From positions 32,001-96,000 of IMG/VR virus record IMGVR_UViG_3300013772_000002: a stretch of DNA of 64,000 nt; one strand, 5' to 3'. Position numbers and translations under genes: made by a program. Shown in pieces: positions 19,992 through 29,364 of the stretch. Position 1 is the stretch's first letter. Each line of letters begins with the position of its first letter. A model generated the notes under the pieces. The model had not been told where the DNA came from, searched no databases, and was given only the letters and a program-made list of their open reading frames with translations. The DNA comes from a virus.

Positions 19992-20245
19992 TATGACTCC
20001 TGCCGGGCTTTCGCCAGGGGGGTTTCATCTTCGGTCGTGCGCCGTCCGGCAAGAGGCTCTTCGTCGTCCTCGCCACGGCGTTTTTGGAGGGGTTTCGAGT
20101 GATGAATCTTCCGCAGCGGCGTCTCGACCTCGTCGGCATCATCGTCGTCACTATCATCGCTTGGTGTAGGGGGTGTCTCGATCAATGGTGGTCTCCTTAT
20201 TCTACCGCACCGGGGCATTCCGGTGCAAGGGTCTTCAGGGTCCAA
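19991..20245 (-). CDS. small acidic hypothetical protein
   Basis: Stop overlaps next start; start position uncertain. Confidence 0.4.
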   Translation of the reverse strand: MDPEDPCTGMPRCGRIRRPPLIETPPTPSDDSDDDDADEVETPLRKIHHSKPLQKRRGEDDEEPLAGRRTTEDETPLAKARQES

Positions 20246-20883
20246 GAGTCGATTACCGTCGTCTCACCGGAAGAGATTGGCAATTTGCCGAAGTAGATCG
20301 TCTCATTCTCGGGACCGACGTTGACGACAGACATGGCGCGTCCATAACCGTATGGGCGCTCCCGATTTTTGCGCCGCTTGTGGTGAAGCGCGTCGACGAC
20401 GCGACGACCCCAAGCGCCGGCCAGATCAAGCCAGACGATACCGATATCAGCTACTTCCTCGACGTCAATCTCTCCCATCCGGTAGTCAGCGGCGCGTAGC
20501 GTGGCGAGCGATTCGCCGATCTCGGCGACGAGGTGCAGGAGTTGGCGCAGAACATGACCGTCAATTCCGTTTGTCGGAGTTGTCACGGTCTGCTCGCGCC
20601 TTCCAGAACCCCCAACGCGGGCGTAGGGAGGAAGGCGGGCGGAGAATGCAACACGACGCAATAGATTGGTTGCGTTCTCGATCTCTTCGAGATGGCTCGA
20701 CGGGATTCGACCTGTCTTGCGCTGACCGTCGATCGCCGCGCCAACCGCGCGGACGAGGTCGCCGAGAATAACGAGCTGTTCGGCGTCGGGTGGTGGCGAT
20801 GATGACTCCGCTTCATCCCAGAATCCCTGGCGAATCGCATCGATGCGGCAACTATCGACAATTGCTCCCAAACTCGTATCCAT
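20197..20883 (-). CDS. MazG-like NTP pyrophosphohydrolase
   Basis: LVAEIGE...EEVADIGI..LD...K..KN.ERPY; GAGGAG RBS before ATG at 20883. Confidence 0.75.
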   Translation of the reverse strand: MDTSLGAIVDSCRIDAIRQGFWDEAESSSPPPDAEQLVILGDLVRAVGAAIDGQRKTGRIPSSHLEEIENATNLLRRVAFSARLPPYARVGGSGRREQTVTTPTNGIDGHVLRQLLHLVAEIGESLATLRAADYRMGEIDVEEVADIGIVWLDLAGAWGRRVVDALHHKRRKNRERPYGYGRAMSVVNVGPENETIYFGKLPISSGETTVIDSWTLKTLAPECPGAVE

Positions 20884-20947
20884 AGGAAGCCCCTCCTCAA
20901 TAAAAATCGATTGCAGTCGAAGCATGAGCGGCATGCGTACTACGACT

Positions 20948-20976
20948 TTGCTAGTATACACGTGAAGTGGTACAAT
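20948..20976 (+). promoter_or_regulatory. promoter for packaging operon
   Basis: TTGCTA-17-TACAAT with TG extension. Confidence 0.6.
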
Positions 20977-21035
20977 GTAAAGCAGAGAAGACGACTTTCT
21001 ACATGAGTTTTTGACACCCCGGAAGGATCGCCCCT

Positions 21036-21782
21036 ATGCCCCGTCGTACGCTCAACGATCGCGACCTTAAGGCTGATCTTGATGAGGGGATGACGCCCGT
21101 CGAGATTGCCGTGCGGCGCAATGTCACCGATCGCACCGTCTCTCGTCGCATTCTCCGCCTCGGCGCGATGGGTGACGGCGCCGCCGTGCGTGCCGCCGAT
21201 GAGATTATGGCCGCCGGTATTAATCAGGCGCGTGCCTACTACATGATCCAGATGACGATGTTGGAGCAACTGGACGACCTCGCCGAGGACGCGGAGCATT
21301 ACCGCGAGGCGAAAGAGGAAGGGTTGGCGCTTGCCAATGAGTTTCTGGTTCGCTTTGCCGATGGTGAAGAGATTCTTACGCCACAGTTTGAGAAGACGCT
21401 CGATAGGCTTACCAATCCGTCCGACCCCTACCCGAACATGTTCAAGGCGGCATCGCTTGCCTCCGCGAACATGCAACTCTATGTCGATATCTACAAGACG
21501 CTAATCGACATGCGCGCGATGGCGATGCTCAAGCAGGCGCTCCTGGAACTGCTCGATCTCGGTGACCCGCGCATCGCGGCGATCATCGGCGCTTATCAGA
21601 CGCGCGCCGAGAGCGCCCGCAGTCTGCTTGGTATGGACTATCGCAACCCGGACCCCGACCCAAAGACATGGAGCGCGGCCGCTGAGCGTGATTTTCAGGC
21701 GCTCCCCCGCCCCGACAGCTTGCCTGACCCGAAGCGGATTATTGCCGGTCACGGGATCGTCATCGAGGGGAAGGCGCGATGA
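21036..21782 (+). CDS. HTH protein, probable terminase small subunit
   Basis: N-terminal HTH (GMTPVEIA...VTDRTVSR), helical body, located upstream of TerL. Confidence 0.5.
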   Translation: MPRRTLNDRDLKADLDEGMTPVEIAVRRNVTDRTVSRRILRLGAMGDGAAVRAADEIMAAGINQARAYYMIQMTMLEQLDDLAEDAEHYREAKEEGLALANEFLVRFADGEEILTPQFEKTLDRLTNPSDPYPNMFKAASLASANMQLYVDIYKTLIDMRAMAMLKQALLELLDLGDPRIAAIIGAYQTRAESARSLLGMDYRNPDPDPKTWSAAAERDFQALPRPDSLPDPKRIIAGHGIVIEGKAR

Positions 21783-21955
21783 CCAATATTTGGGATGAGC
21801 TCACGCTGGCGAAACGCCTGGCCGCTCGCGCTGCCGCCGAGGATCAACTGCGCGCCGCAGAGGAGCGCGCCTGGCACCGGGCGATCAACCGGCGTATCTG
21901 GGCGATCAACCACCCATTGCTTGCTGCGCTATGCGTCGAGCGAGCCAAACGATGA
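21779..21955 (+). CDS. 58-aa hypothetical protein (not in ORF track)
   Basis: ATGA overlaps at both ends. Confidence 0.5.
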   Translation: MTNIWDELTLAKRLAARAAAEDQLRAAEERAWHRAINRRIWAINHPLLAALCVERAKR

Positions 21956-22419
21956 TTGATTTTCTTCTCCGCCTGACGATTCCGATGCCGCCGACGGGCA
22001 CCAACCACGCCTACGTCCCGCGCGTCGTTCATCGTGGTGGCGGCAAGATGGGCGCCTCCCTGATGCATTCCAAGGAGCACGCCACTTGGGAGTCGGGCGC
22101 CCTCAAGGCGATGGTCGATGACGACATGGGCGTCGAGTGGTTTATCAACCCGACTGATTTTGATCCCAAGGAGGCTCTCGGTCTTGCTTTCTCCTGGTAT
22201 TTCAAGGATCGTCGCTCCGACCTCGACAGTCGCCACAAACTTGTCAAAGACCTCGTTTTCGATTACCTGACGGCACGGACGGGAATGAAATGCAATGATC
22301 GTGAGGTATCCGGCGACATCAACGATCGCCATTACTACAAGACGAATCCTCATGTTTTCGTTACCGTTCGTACGCTTGACGCGCACAACGCTCGCTACCA
22401 CACCGATGCCGAGCGATAA
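21952..22419 (+). CDS. RusA-like Holliday junction resolvase
   Basis: P.PPT.N..Y, RRSDLDS..K...D, ND.EV motifs. Confidence 0.7.
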   Translation: MIDFLLRLTIPMPPTGTNHAYVPRVVHRGGGKMGASLMHSKEHATWESGALKAMVDDDMGVEWFINPTDFDPKEALGLAFSWYFKDRRSDLDSRHKLVKDLVFDYLTARTGMKCNDREVSGDINDRHYYKTNPHVFVTVRTLDAHNARYHTDAER

Positions 22420-22427
22420 CCCGGTGG

Positions 22428-22457
22428 TTGAGTAAACACCATAAATCATGGTATACT
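22428..22457 (+). promoter_or_regulatory. promoter for terL
   Basis: TTGAGT-18-TATACT with CATGG. Confidence 0.6.
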
Positions 22458-22506
22458 GGTAGAGTATAGTATCGTTTCCCTCCCCATCCATAAAATCTGA
22501 GGCGCT

Positions 22507-24567
22507 ATGCCTGTCGCTACCTCCGCCGTTGACCCGCTCGACGATTTGTTTGGCGCGATCAAGGGCAAACTCAGCCAGCAAGTACAGCGCGACGAGCGCG
22601 CCCGGCTTCGCCTCGCAAGCGGCGGGGCGATTGGTGCTGGCGGCTCGGCTCTGCGCATGTACGAAGAAGGGACGATCTGGACGGATGGTATTGCGCCACC
22701 AACCTTCGTCGATTTCGTCACGAACGAGATGGAGGGCTTTCTTTATCCTCTGCAGGCCGAAGCAATCATGGCCGCGATTGGCAACGATCCTGCTTTGCTC
22801 TTTCATCCGCGAGTCGACGAGAACGAGTATTACAACGATTGGCCGAATGGTCCACCACTACGCAATATTATATCTACTATTATCTTGTTATGGGGTAAGG
22901 GAAGCGGAAAAGACCTCATCATTTCATATCTAGTATCATATATAGTGTTTGTAATCATGCACATGGCAGACCCCTATGCATACTTTCATCATGCCCCCGG
23001 TGAACCCTTCGACATCATTAACTGCGCCATTAATGCCCACCAAGCGCAGAACGTCTTCTTCCGTAAGCTCAAGAATTGTTTGTTGCGTGAGTGTTTTCAG
23101 AAGTTCGGCAGTAGGCCCGACATCCTCACTGATCGTGCCATCTTCTACCGCGTTGTTCCGGGCATCTCCGAGCCGGTCGAACTGATTCGTTGCTGGTCAC
23201 GCCACTCGAAATCTGAATCGATTGAGGGGATGAATATCATCGCCTTTATCCTCGACGAGGCATCGGGATTCGAGCTCAAGGGGAAGAAGGAACTGGCGGA
23301 AGACGACGAGGGCGAAGAGTACGCCCTCTCTCCCGCCGATGCGATCTTCGATGTTCTCGAAACATCCGCCGCAACGCGCTTCGAGGATCAGTACCTGGGA
23401 TTCGTGATTTCGTATCCACGCTTTGAAGATGACTTTACGATGCGGATGTATAACCGGACACTTCTGGATCATCCAATGAACTACTTCTCGTTGGACGACA
23501 TCGATGATCCGAATGACTCCGTCGGGCTATCGCGGATCGGCAAGTTGAAGTATCCCCACATCTTCGCGCATAAAGCGGCTACCTGGGAAGTCAACCTCAA
23601 GAAACCACGCAGTGCATTCGATAAGTTCTTTCGTGCCAATCCTGAGAAGTCGGCGATGCGCTTCGCTTGCGAACCGCCCCCCGCCAAGGGCGGCTACTTC
23701 TCGCAGCCACAAAAGATTGACGAGGCATTCAGTGAACGCCTTCGCCCCGCTGTCCAGTGGACCGTCGACCATATTCGCCGCGGCTCTCAGGAGTTGGTCG
23801 GCGTCAAGTTGACAGGGCACCGCTTCTCTCCCGCCAACCTCTATGTTGCCCACTGCGATCCCGGTCTGAGTTCTGACGCTTTCACGCTCGGTATCGCGCA
23901 CCCGAACTACGCGGTACAAGCGGAAATCTTCGACTCCAAAGGAAAGGCGTACACGGTTCCGCAGGTGGTGATCGACTCGCTTATCGTCTGGCGTCCCGAG
24001 CCGCGCGAGCATCGTGTCGTTGATTTCATTAATGCCTCGCAGGTGATTCTCGATCTGGCCGGACTTTGTGACATGCGTCGTTGGTCGGCGGATCGTTGGA
24101 ACAGCGCCCAGTTACAACAACAACTGACTGCCGCTGGCATTCGCTGTGAGTACGCCGCCTTCTCGAATGCACAGCAAATCCAGCAGTACGAGAATTTCAA
24201 GACACTCCTCTATGCCGGACTGATCAAGTTCAGTGGTTTCTGGGATGTCGAGCCCTGGCGGCGCGTACGAGACGAACTTCGCAAGTTGATCCTCATCAAT
24301 GGCACGCGCATCGATCACCAAACGGGCGGATCGAAAGACTGTGCGGATGTCGTTGTTGGTGCTACCTGGCTCGCTTGCCAAAAAGGTCTCTCGCAGCGGG
24401 CATTCGAGGGATACGCTCCCCCCGCTCCGGGTCATGCCACTCTCCACCAGCACAACCAGACAACATCGACCCTTGATACCTTGCGCCGCATGCACCGCGC
24501 TCCAAACGCGAAGGAAACGCTGCGGCTCCCCTACGCCAAGTCCCGCATTTCGGCAGGAGTTAGCTAA
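22507..24567 (+). CDS. terL: terminase large subunit
   Basis: WGKGSGKD Walker A, FILDEA Walker B, ISYP motif, HCDPG...D and IDH..GGSKD.AD nuclease motifs. Confidence 0.92.
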   Translation: MPVATSAVDPLDDLFGAIKGKLSQQVQRDERARLRLASGGAIGAGGSALRMYEEGTIWTDGIAPPTFVDFVTNEMEGFLYPLQAEAIMAAIGNDPALLFHPRVDENEYYNDWPNGPPLRNIISTIILLWGKGSGKDLIISYLVSYIVFVIMHMADPYAYFHHAPGEPFDIINCAINAHQAQNVFFRKLKNCLLRECFQKFGSRPDILTDRAIFYRVVPGISEPVELIRCWSRHSKSESIEGMNIIAFILDEASGFELKGKKELAEDDEGEEYALSPADAIFDVLETSAATRFEDQYLGFVISYPRFEDDFTMRMYNRTLLDHPMNYFSLDDIDDPNDSVGLSRIGKLKYPHIFAHKAATWEVNLKKPRSAFDKFFRANPEKSAMRFACEPPPAKGGYFSQPQKIDEAFSERLRPAVQWTVDHIRRGSQELVGVKLTGHRFSPANLYVAHCDPGLSSDAFTLGIAHPNYAVQAEIFDSKGKAYTVPQVVIDSLIVWRPEPREHRVVDFINASQVILDLAGLCDMRRWSADRWNSAQLQQQLTAAGIRCEYAAFSNAQQIQQYENFKTLLYAGLIKFSGFWDVEPWRRVRDELRKLILINGTRIDHQTGGSKDCADVVVGATWLACQKGLSQRAFEGYAPPAPGHATLHQHNQTTSTLDTLRRMHRAPNAKETLRLPYAKSRISAGVS

Positions 24568-26531
24568 TGCCCCGCGACCCGCGCATGCCAAACATCCCGG
24601 CGCCACCTGACTGGGACTACCACCAGGGGAAAATCTATCTTCCCCCGACGATTGCCAAGTCAATTAGGGAAGAGAAGAGTGCCGAAGAGAAGGCGATCAA
24701 GGGGAAGCTCTTCTCCAACTGGTCCCGGACAATTACGCGTACCGCCGGCGGCGCCGTTGACCGTTCGCCGAACCGCCCCTCACACGCCCTCCTGAAGTAC
24801 GTGGCACGTAACTGCACGCTGGATTCAGCGATTATCTCGACACTCAAGGCGAACATTTCCGCCTTTACACAAGTCGCCCACGTCGAGGGGAAGCAGATTG
24901 GCTTCCGCGTCGTGCACAAACGGTACAACGATCCCGCCTGGCAGCCGGACGAGGAGACGTTACACGATATCAATGATCGCTGCCGCCAGATGGAACGCTT
25001 GATCCTCAATACGACCAAGCCCGCCTGCCCTTCGTTCGCCACCTTTATGTCGGCGGCGACCGATGATGAGCTGACAATCGACCGCGCGAACATGGTGATC
25101 GTCCCTGACCGCCAGGGACGTCCCCTTAGTTATCACTATCTTCCCGGCGGGACGCTCTTGCCACGCTTCCTCTATCTCAAAGAGTTCATGGCTCGCTGGG
25201 GTAAAGAGGATTCGCTCTTCTATAATGACGACCGTGCCGCCCAACGTCTTTCCGAGGAGCTGAAACTTAACGGCGTGCGCACTCCCGAGGGGCACGAGAT
25301 CGACCTGACGCATGCCGCTTTCGTACAGGTCCTTGATGACAATACCGTCTGTGGCGCTTGGACTGAGAAGCAATTGGCGATTGACATTATCAACCCGATG
25401 GTGGAGATCGACCAGAGTTACTTTGGCACTTCGCCGGTCGAGCAGTCACTCGACGTGAGCTATCTGTGGAACAGTGCCTGGAACTACCAGAAGCAGCTAT
25501 TCCAAACGACCTGGCCCGAAGCGATCCTCCTGTTGCACGGCGACTACTCCCCCGAAGGGTTGCAGGGGTTCAAGGACGATGTCCTTGCCTCGCACGGTAA
25601 CTCTCAACGTCTGCCAGTGATTTCCGGTGGTCCGAAAGGGGAGACCGACGTCTCGCTCGTTACATTGCGCAATACGCCACAGGACATGCTCTTCGACCAG
25701 CTGTTGAAATTCATGCTCGCGCTGAAGTGCGCCTTTTTTCGCATCCATCCCAGTACGATCAACTTCGCTTCCGAGGGCGCCGCTTCCGATGGCGGTCTGC
25801 CCCAAGACCGAAACTACATCATCCAGCAGGCCAACGAAGAGGGCAACCGTTCGCGCCTGCGTCGTCGCTTCGGCTGGCTGACCCATCACCTGATCATCCC
25901 ATGGTACGACGATCTGATCGCCATTCCCGAAGGAATGGACATGGTTCCCTTCGAGCAGGTCATTCAACGTGAGATCGAGCTCTCCGGCGCGGGCATCAAG
26001 ACGAAGAACGAGACGCGCGCGCAGATCGGTCTTCCGCCCATGCCCGATGGTCTACCTGGCTCCAACCTTGGCGACTGGACTGGATCACAGGTCGATGTCG
26101 CGATCGTCGGCGCCATCCAGGCTCAGGAAGCGATGAAGCAGCAGCAACAGGCGCAGATGAACCCACAGAATGTCGCCGCACAACAGCCGGGCGCTAGCGG
26201 TGGCGACTATGGCGCCGACCAAGGGATGCCCCAGGGCGGTGCGACCACCCCACCTCCACAGGGTCAACCACCCCAACCCGGCGCCCCGCCGACGGGCGGA
26301 CCACCCGCGGCGCCGCCGCCTCCTCCGGCACAAAAGAGTCTCAATCCATTGACGGAAACGGAGGGACATCCCCACCATCGGAAGACACATTACAGTCTTC
26401 TCTGGTCGGGTGGCCCGGTCGTGCCGCGCGGCGGTCTCGGTTCTGCCTACATGGAGGATGACGAGGACGACACTGATGATGGTCCGAATGGTTCGGACGA
26501 TGATGGAGGCGAGGATGGCGACGACGTCTAG
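24567..26531 (+). CDS. portal protein with long low-complexity C-tail
   Basis: Follows TerL; YFGTSPVE, DMLF, FRIHPSTINF, TKNE.R...GLPP portal motifs. Confidence 0.88.
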   Translation: MPRDPRMPNIPAPPDWDYHQGKIYLPPTIAKSIREEKSAEEKAIKGKLFSNWSRTITRTAGGAVDRSPNRPSHALLKYVARNCTLDSAIISTLKANISAFTQVAHVEGKQIGFRVVHKRYNDPAWQPDEETLHDINDRCRQMERLILNTTKPACPSFATFMSAATDDELTIDRANMVIVPDRQGRPLSYHYLPGGTLLPRFLYLKEFMARWGKEDSLFYNDDRAAQRLSEELKLNGVRTPEGHEIDLTHAAFVQVLDDNTVCGAWTEKQLAIDIINPMVEIDQSYFGTSPVEQSLDVSYLWNSAWNYQKQLFQTTWPEAILLLHGDYSPEGLQGFKDDVLASHGNSQRLPVISGGPKGETDVSLVTLRNTPQDMLFDQLLKFMLALKCAFFRIHPSTINFASEGAASDGGLPQDRNYIIQQANEEGNRSRLRRRFGWLTHHLIIPWYDDLIAIPEGMDMVPFEQVIQREIELSGAGIKTKNETRAQIGLPPMPDGLPGSNLGDWTGSQVDVAIVGAIQAQEAMKQQQQAQMNPQNVAAQQPGASGGDYGADQGMPQGGATTPPPQGQPPQPGAPPTGGPPAAPPPPPAQKSLNPLTETEGHPHHRKTHYSLLWSGGPVVPRGGLGSAYMEDDEDDTDDGPNGSDDDGGEDGDDV

Positions 26532-26790
26532 CCCTAAGACCACCGTCGGCGACATCGTTATGTTTCATCGCGCGCATGGTGTCCACCGTGGTGTCGTACT
26601 CGCTTCTGGCAAGGATGGCGCGCGCGTTCTCGATGCTTTCACGGGCGATAAGTTGGAAGTACGTCACGAAGGTATCTATCGTCACATTACTATTGATGCC
26701 ACCGACCTCCGCGCCGCTGTTGCCGGATTGCACGGCATGGGCCTGCGCGTTCATTTGACCGACGCGCAACGCATCGCGCTGGAGGAGTAA
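26515..26790 (+). CDS. hypothetical protein
   Basis: GGAGG RBS, ATG at 26515. Confidence 0.55.
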   Translation: MATTSSPKTTVGDIVMFHRAHGVHRGVVLASGKDGARVLDAFTGDKLEVRHEGIYRHITIDATDLRAAVAGLHGMGLRVHLTDAQRIALEE

Positions 26791-26794
26791 TCCC

Positions 26795-27277
26795 ATGCCT
26801 ACGCATCGTGTTGCCTGGATTGGCGCCTATGAACCGCTCAAGCCATGGCGTTTCGATACCGGATATCCCTCGATCTCTCTCTTTATGGGGGACGACGTCG
26901 ATATCTATTTTCGGGCAACGATGCGTGCCGCCACGACGATCTATACTCCCGATGGGGGCTTTGAGAGTACCGTTGTCGATCTCACTTATGCCAAAATCAT
27001 CTTTACCCTGACCCCCGCCGACCCCGACCTGACAGACCCCCAGACGATCACGAAGACGAGCGCTACCGGCGGCGGCATTGTGATCGTTGACGGTCCAACC
27101 GGGCAGTTGACGATTTCGCTTGCCGCCGCGGATACCGCCGACCTGCCAACGACCGTTTACACCGCTGAGTGTCGTGCGTTGTTTACGGACACGGGCAAGA
27201 TCGGCATGATCGGCAAGAGTCCCGCCTTCTTCATCCCCACGAGCATTGGCGCGGACGCCTTCAACGCGATTCCATAA
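26795..27277 (+). CDS. BppU-like beta-sandwich virion accessory protein
   Basis: GDD...VDLT.A.I.F...IVDGPTGQLTISL...DTADL pattern. Confidence 0.55.
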   Translation: MPTHRVAWIGAYEPLKPWRFDTGYPSISLFMGDDVDIYFRATMRAATTIYTPDGGFESTVVDLTYAKIIFTLTPADPDLTDPQTITKTSATGGGIVIVDGPTGQLTISLAAADTADLPTTVYTAECRALFTDTGKIGMIGKSPAFFIPTSIGADAFNAIP

Positions 27278-27287
27278 TAGGAGCCAT

Positions 27288-28016
27288 ATGGCGACGCCCA
27301 CGCTGCCGGAACAGCACAAGTTCAGCTCGAAAATCTTCATCCCGGGTCACGGATGGAAATATAACTACGCGCCCGGCTTATCGTCGACACGCGTGCCGAC
27401 CTTCGCTGCTGCTGCCGCGCGTGCGCGATCTGCCGCCACTCCCCCGGGAGGCACGGCGCCACCAACCCTTCCTTCGACCCCATCTCCTCAAACTCCACCC
27501 CCGCCGCCCGGTGACGATGGCATGATTCGCGTCGGTGACCGGGTTGTTCCACGTGCTGAAGGTAAACGCGCCCGCCGCTCTTTTCGCCCCGATGGCGGAC
27601 CCGACCCGGACGACGAAGCCACGGCACAATTCGTTGCTCAGGCGCGTGGTTATATCCGCAAGGCGCTTTTTCTCTATGCCCATGAACGATGTGCACTTGG
27701 GCATTTGCCCAATGTTTGGAGTGCGTTAGAGCCCCACCTAGACGCCGCGCTCGAGGCGGGAGTCGATATGGTTGTCGCCGATAAAGATCGTCTCTCCGCG
27801 CTCTTCAAGGCCGCGAAGGGAAACGCGCATATCGCCGGGCATCTCGCCGCCGCCGACCGCTGGATACCTGCCGCGCATGCCATCTGCGCCGCCGCCAATG
27901 TGCCGCAATTTGGCGGTGAACTTGCTCGGATCGCTCGACCACGCTCAGGTTGGCCAGCGTTCGATGCCGCCATGAGGGAACTTTCTGAGATGCGTCGTGG
28001 TACCCCAAATGACTGA
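27288..28016 (+). CDS. putative head-internal protein
   Basis: AGGAG RBS; HKF...GWKYNY motif, Pro-rich linker, IRKA/LFKA motifs. Confidence 0.55.
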   Translation: MATPTLPEQHKFSSKIFIPGHGWKYNYAPGLSSTRVPTFAAAAARARSAATPPGGTAPPTLPSTPSPQTPPPPPGDDGMIRVGDRVVPRAEGKRARRSFRPDGGPDPDDEATAQFVAQARGYIRKALFLYAHERCALGHLPNVWSALEPHLDAALEAGVDMVVADKDRLSALFKAAKGNAHIAGHLAAADRWIPAAHAICAAANVPQFGGELARIARPRSGWPAFDAAMRELSEMRRGTPND

Positions 28017-29364
28017 TGCACTTGGTCCTGTCCCCACACTTCATCTTGACCACCACGGCTTACCCGTGGCGTTTGGAGACGTGCCAGCGGGGGCATATAG
28101 GATCATCACCCTTCTCGAGGGTCCCCTGACGGGAAAGGACATCCTCATCCGTAAACGCCCCGATAACGCCGTCGATCTCTTTCTCGTCCCCGAGAACAAG
28201 ATTGGCAAATCCCTGCGCCTCGATGGTATCGGTCACGAACCTGATCGGGAACCGCTAGAGAAGACCTTTATCGAGCATCTCGGTTCTCACCTTGCCGCCC
28301 AATCCGCCGCAAAGACCGTCGCTCCGACGCCGCCGCCACAGGCATCGTCAACATGGACGAGTACGAACAAGCCGACACATATAGCGCACGTCTCATTGCC
28401 ATCAGGACAGACAAAATACATCGGTATGCACGGCACTCCCATGCCTGATCTCGAGTCGTATAAGATTGGCAATCCCGCCGATCGTGCCGATGGTTCGATC
28501 GGTATCCGTAATGGGCAGAAGTTGGCGATGACGCCCGTTGAGCGCGCGACCAATCGTGCCTACGGCGTGACGAATCCGACTGCGGACCTCCCCTCCGCCC
28601 GGATCGGCACGAATGCGCAGGAGGCGGTCAGGCGGCGCGTCTCGCATCCTGACTTCCGGATGATCGACGAAACAGGTAAATCGAAGTCGGATCGTTGGGA
28701 CGACATGGAACGCAAGGTATTGGCGGGCGGTCTGGTACCGAGCGACCATCCCTATCTCTCACCGCGCGCCTACATGGGCATTGGCCCTGACGGTCATGTC
28801 ATTCATGTCGCCACCGCCGCGACGGAAAAGATGCGTCCCGAACTGCCGCAGTCTAGGGGCGAGAGCTATGCGTATGGCGAACATAGTCACAAGAGTACGG
28901 GCGACTACCCCGATCGCGGCCATGCCGACGATTTCCTCCATCATGCGATCTACAACCCCGCCTGGGTGACGATGCAGCGACGACATGGCAAGGACATCAT
29001 GTACCGTCACGTCTACCCGCGCGCGGACGGCAAGAACAGCCAGTTGGAACATGACGCGCCGGGCGGCCTCACGTACGTAATGGAGCGCATCCGTCACCCT
29101 AATGACCCAAACGGTAATCACTGGAACCTGCAGACCGTGATTACGAACCAGGGTTATAGTCGTCACCACCCAACCCACGATCAATACGTCGCGGAGTCAC
29201 ATCGTCTCGCTGACGATAATCGTGGCGCGCGCTATATCCGCAGTAGCGAGAATCCGAATGACCCGGGCGTCCAGGCTGCCGTTGCCGCCAGCGCCAAGCG
29301 GTATGAGTACCTCTCAAACAAGAACTCTCCCAAGATTGCCGATCCAGACACGGGAGGGCGCTAA
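28009..29364 (+). CDS. putative head-internal protein (His-rich)
   Basis: IGKS and LEKTFIEH motifs, Pro linker; coupled to giant ORF. Confidence 0.65.
   Translation: MTDALGPVPTLHLDHHGLPVAFGDVPAGAYRIITLLEGPLTGKDILIRKRPDNAVDLFLVPENKIGKSLRLDGIGHEPDREPLEKTFIEHLGSHLAAQSAAKTVAPTPPPQASSTWTSTNKPTHIAHVSLPSGQTKYIGMHGTPMPDLESYKIGNPADRADGSIGIRNGQKLAMTPVERATNRAYGVTNPTADLPSARIGTNAQEAVRRRVSHPDFRMIDETGKSKSDRWDDMERKVLAGGLVPSDHPYLSPRAYMGIGPDGHVIHVATAATEKMRPELPQSRGESYAYGEHSHKSTGDYPDRGHADDFLHHAIYNPAWVTMQRRHGKDIMYRHVYPRADGKNSQLEHDAPGGLTYVMERIRHPNDPNGNHWNLQTVITNQGYSRHHPTHDQYVAESHRLADDNRGARYIRSSENPNDPGVQAAVAASAKRYEYLSNKNSPKIADPDTGGR

Noticed and set aside
13043-20883. Z-genome (PurZ/DatZ/MazZ) or other modified-base pathway
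   Set aside because: HD and MazG are present but no PurZ or other base-modifying enzyme is recognisable in this window
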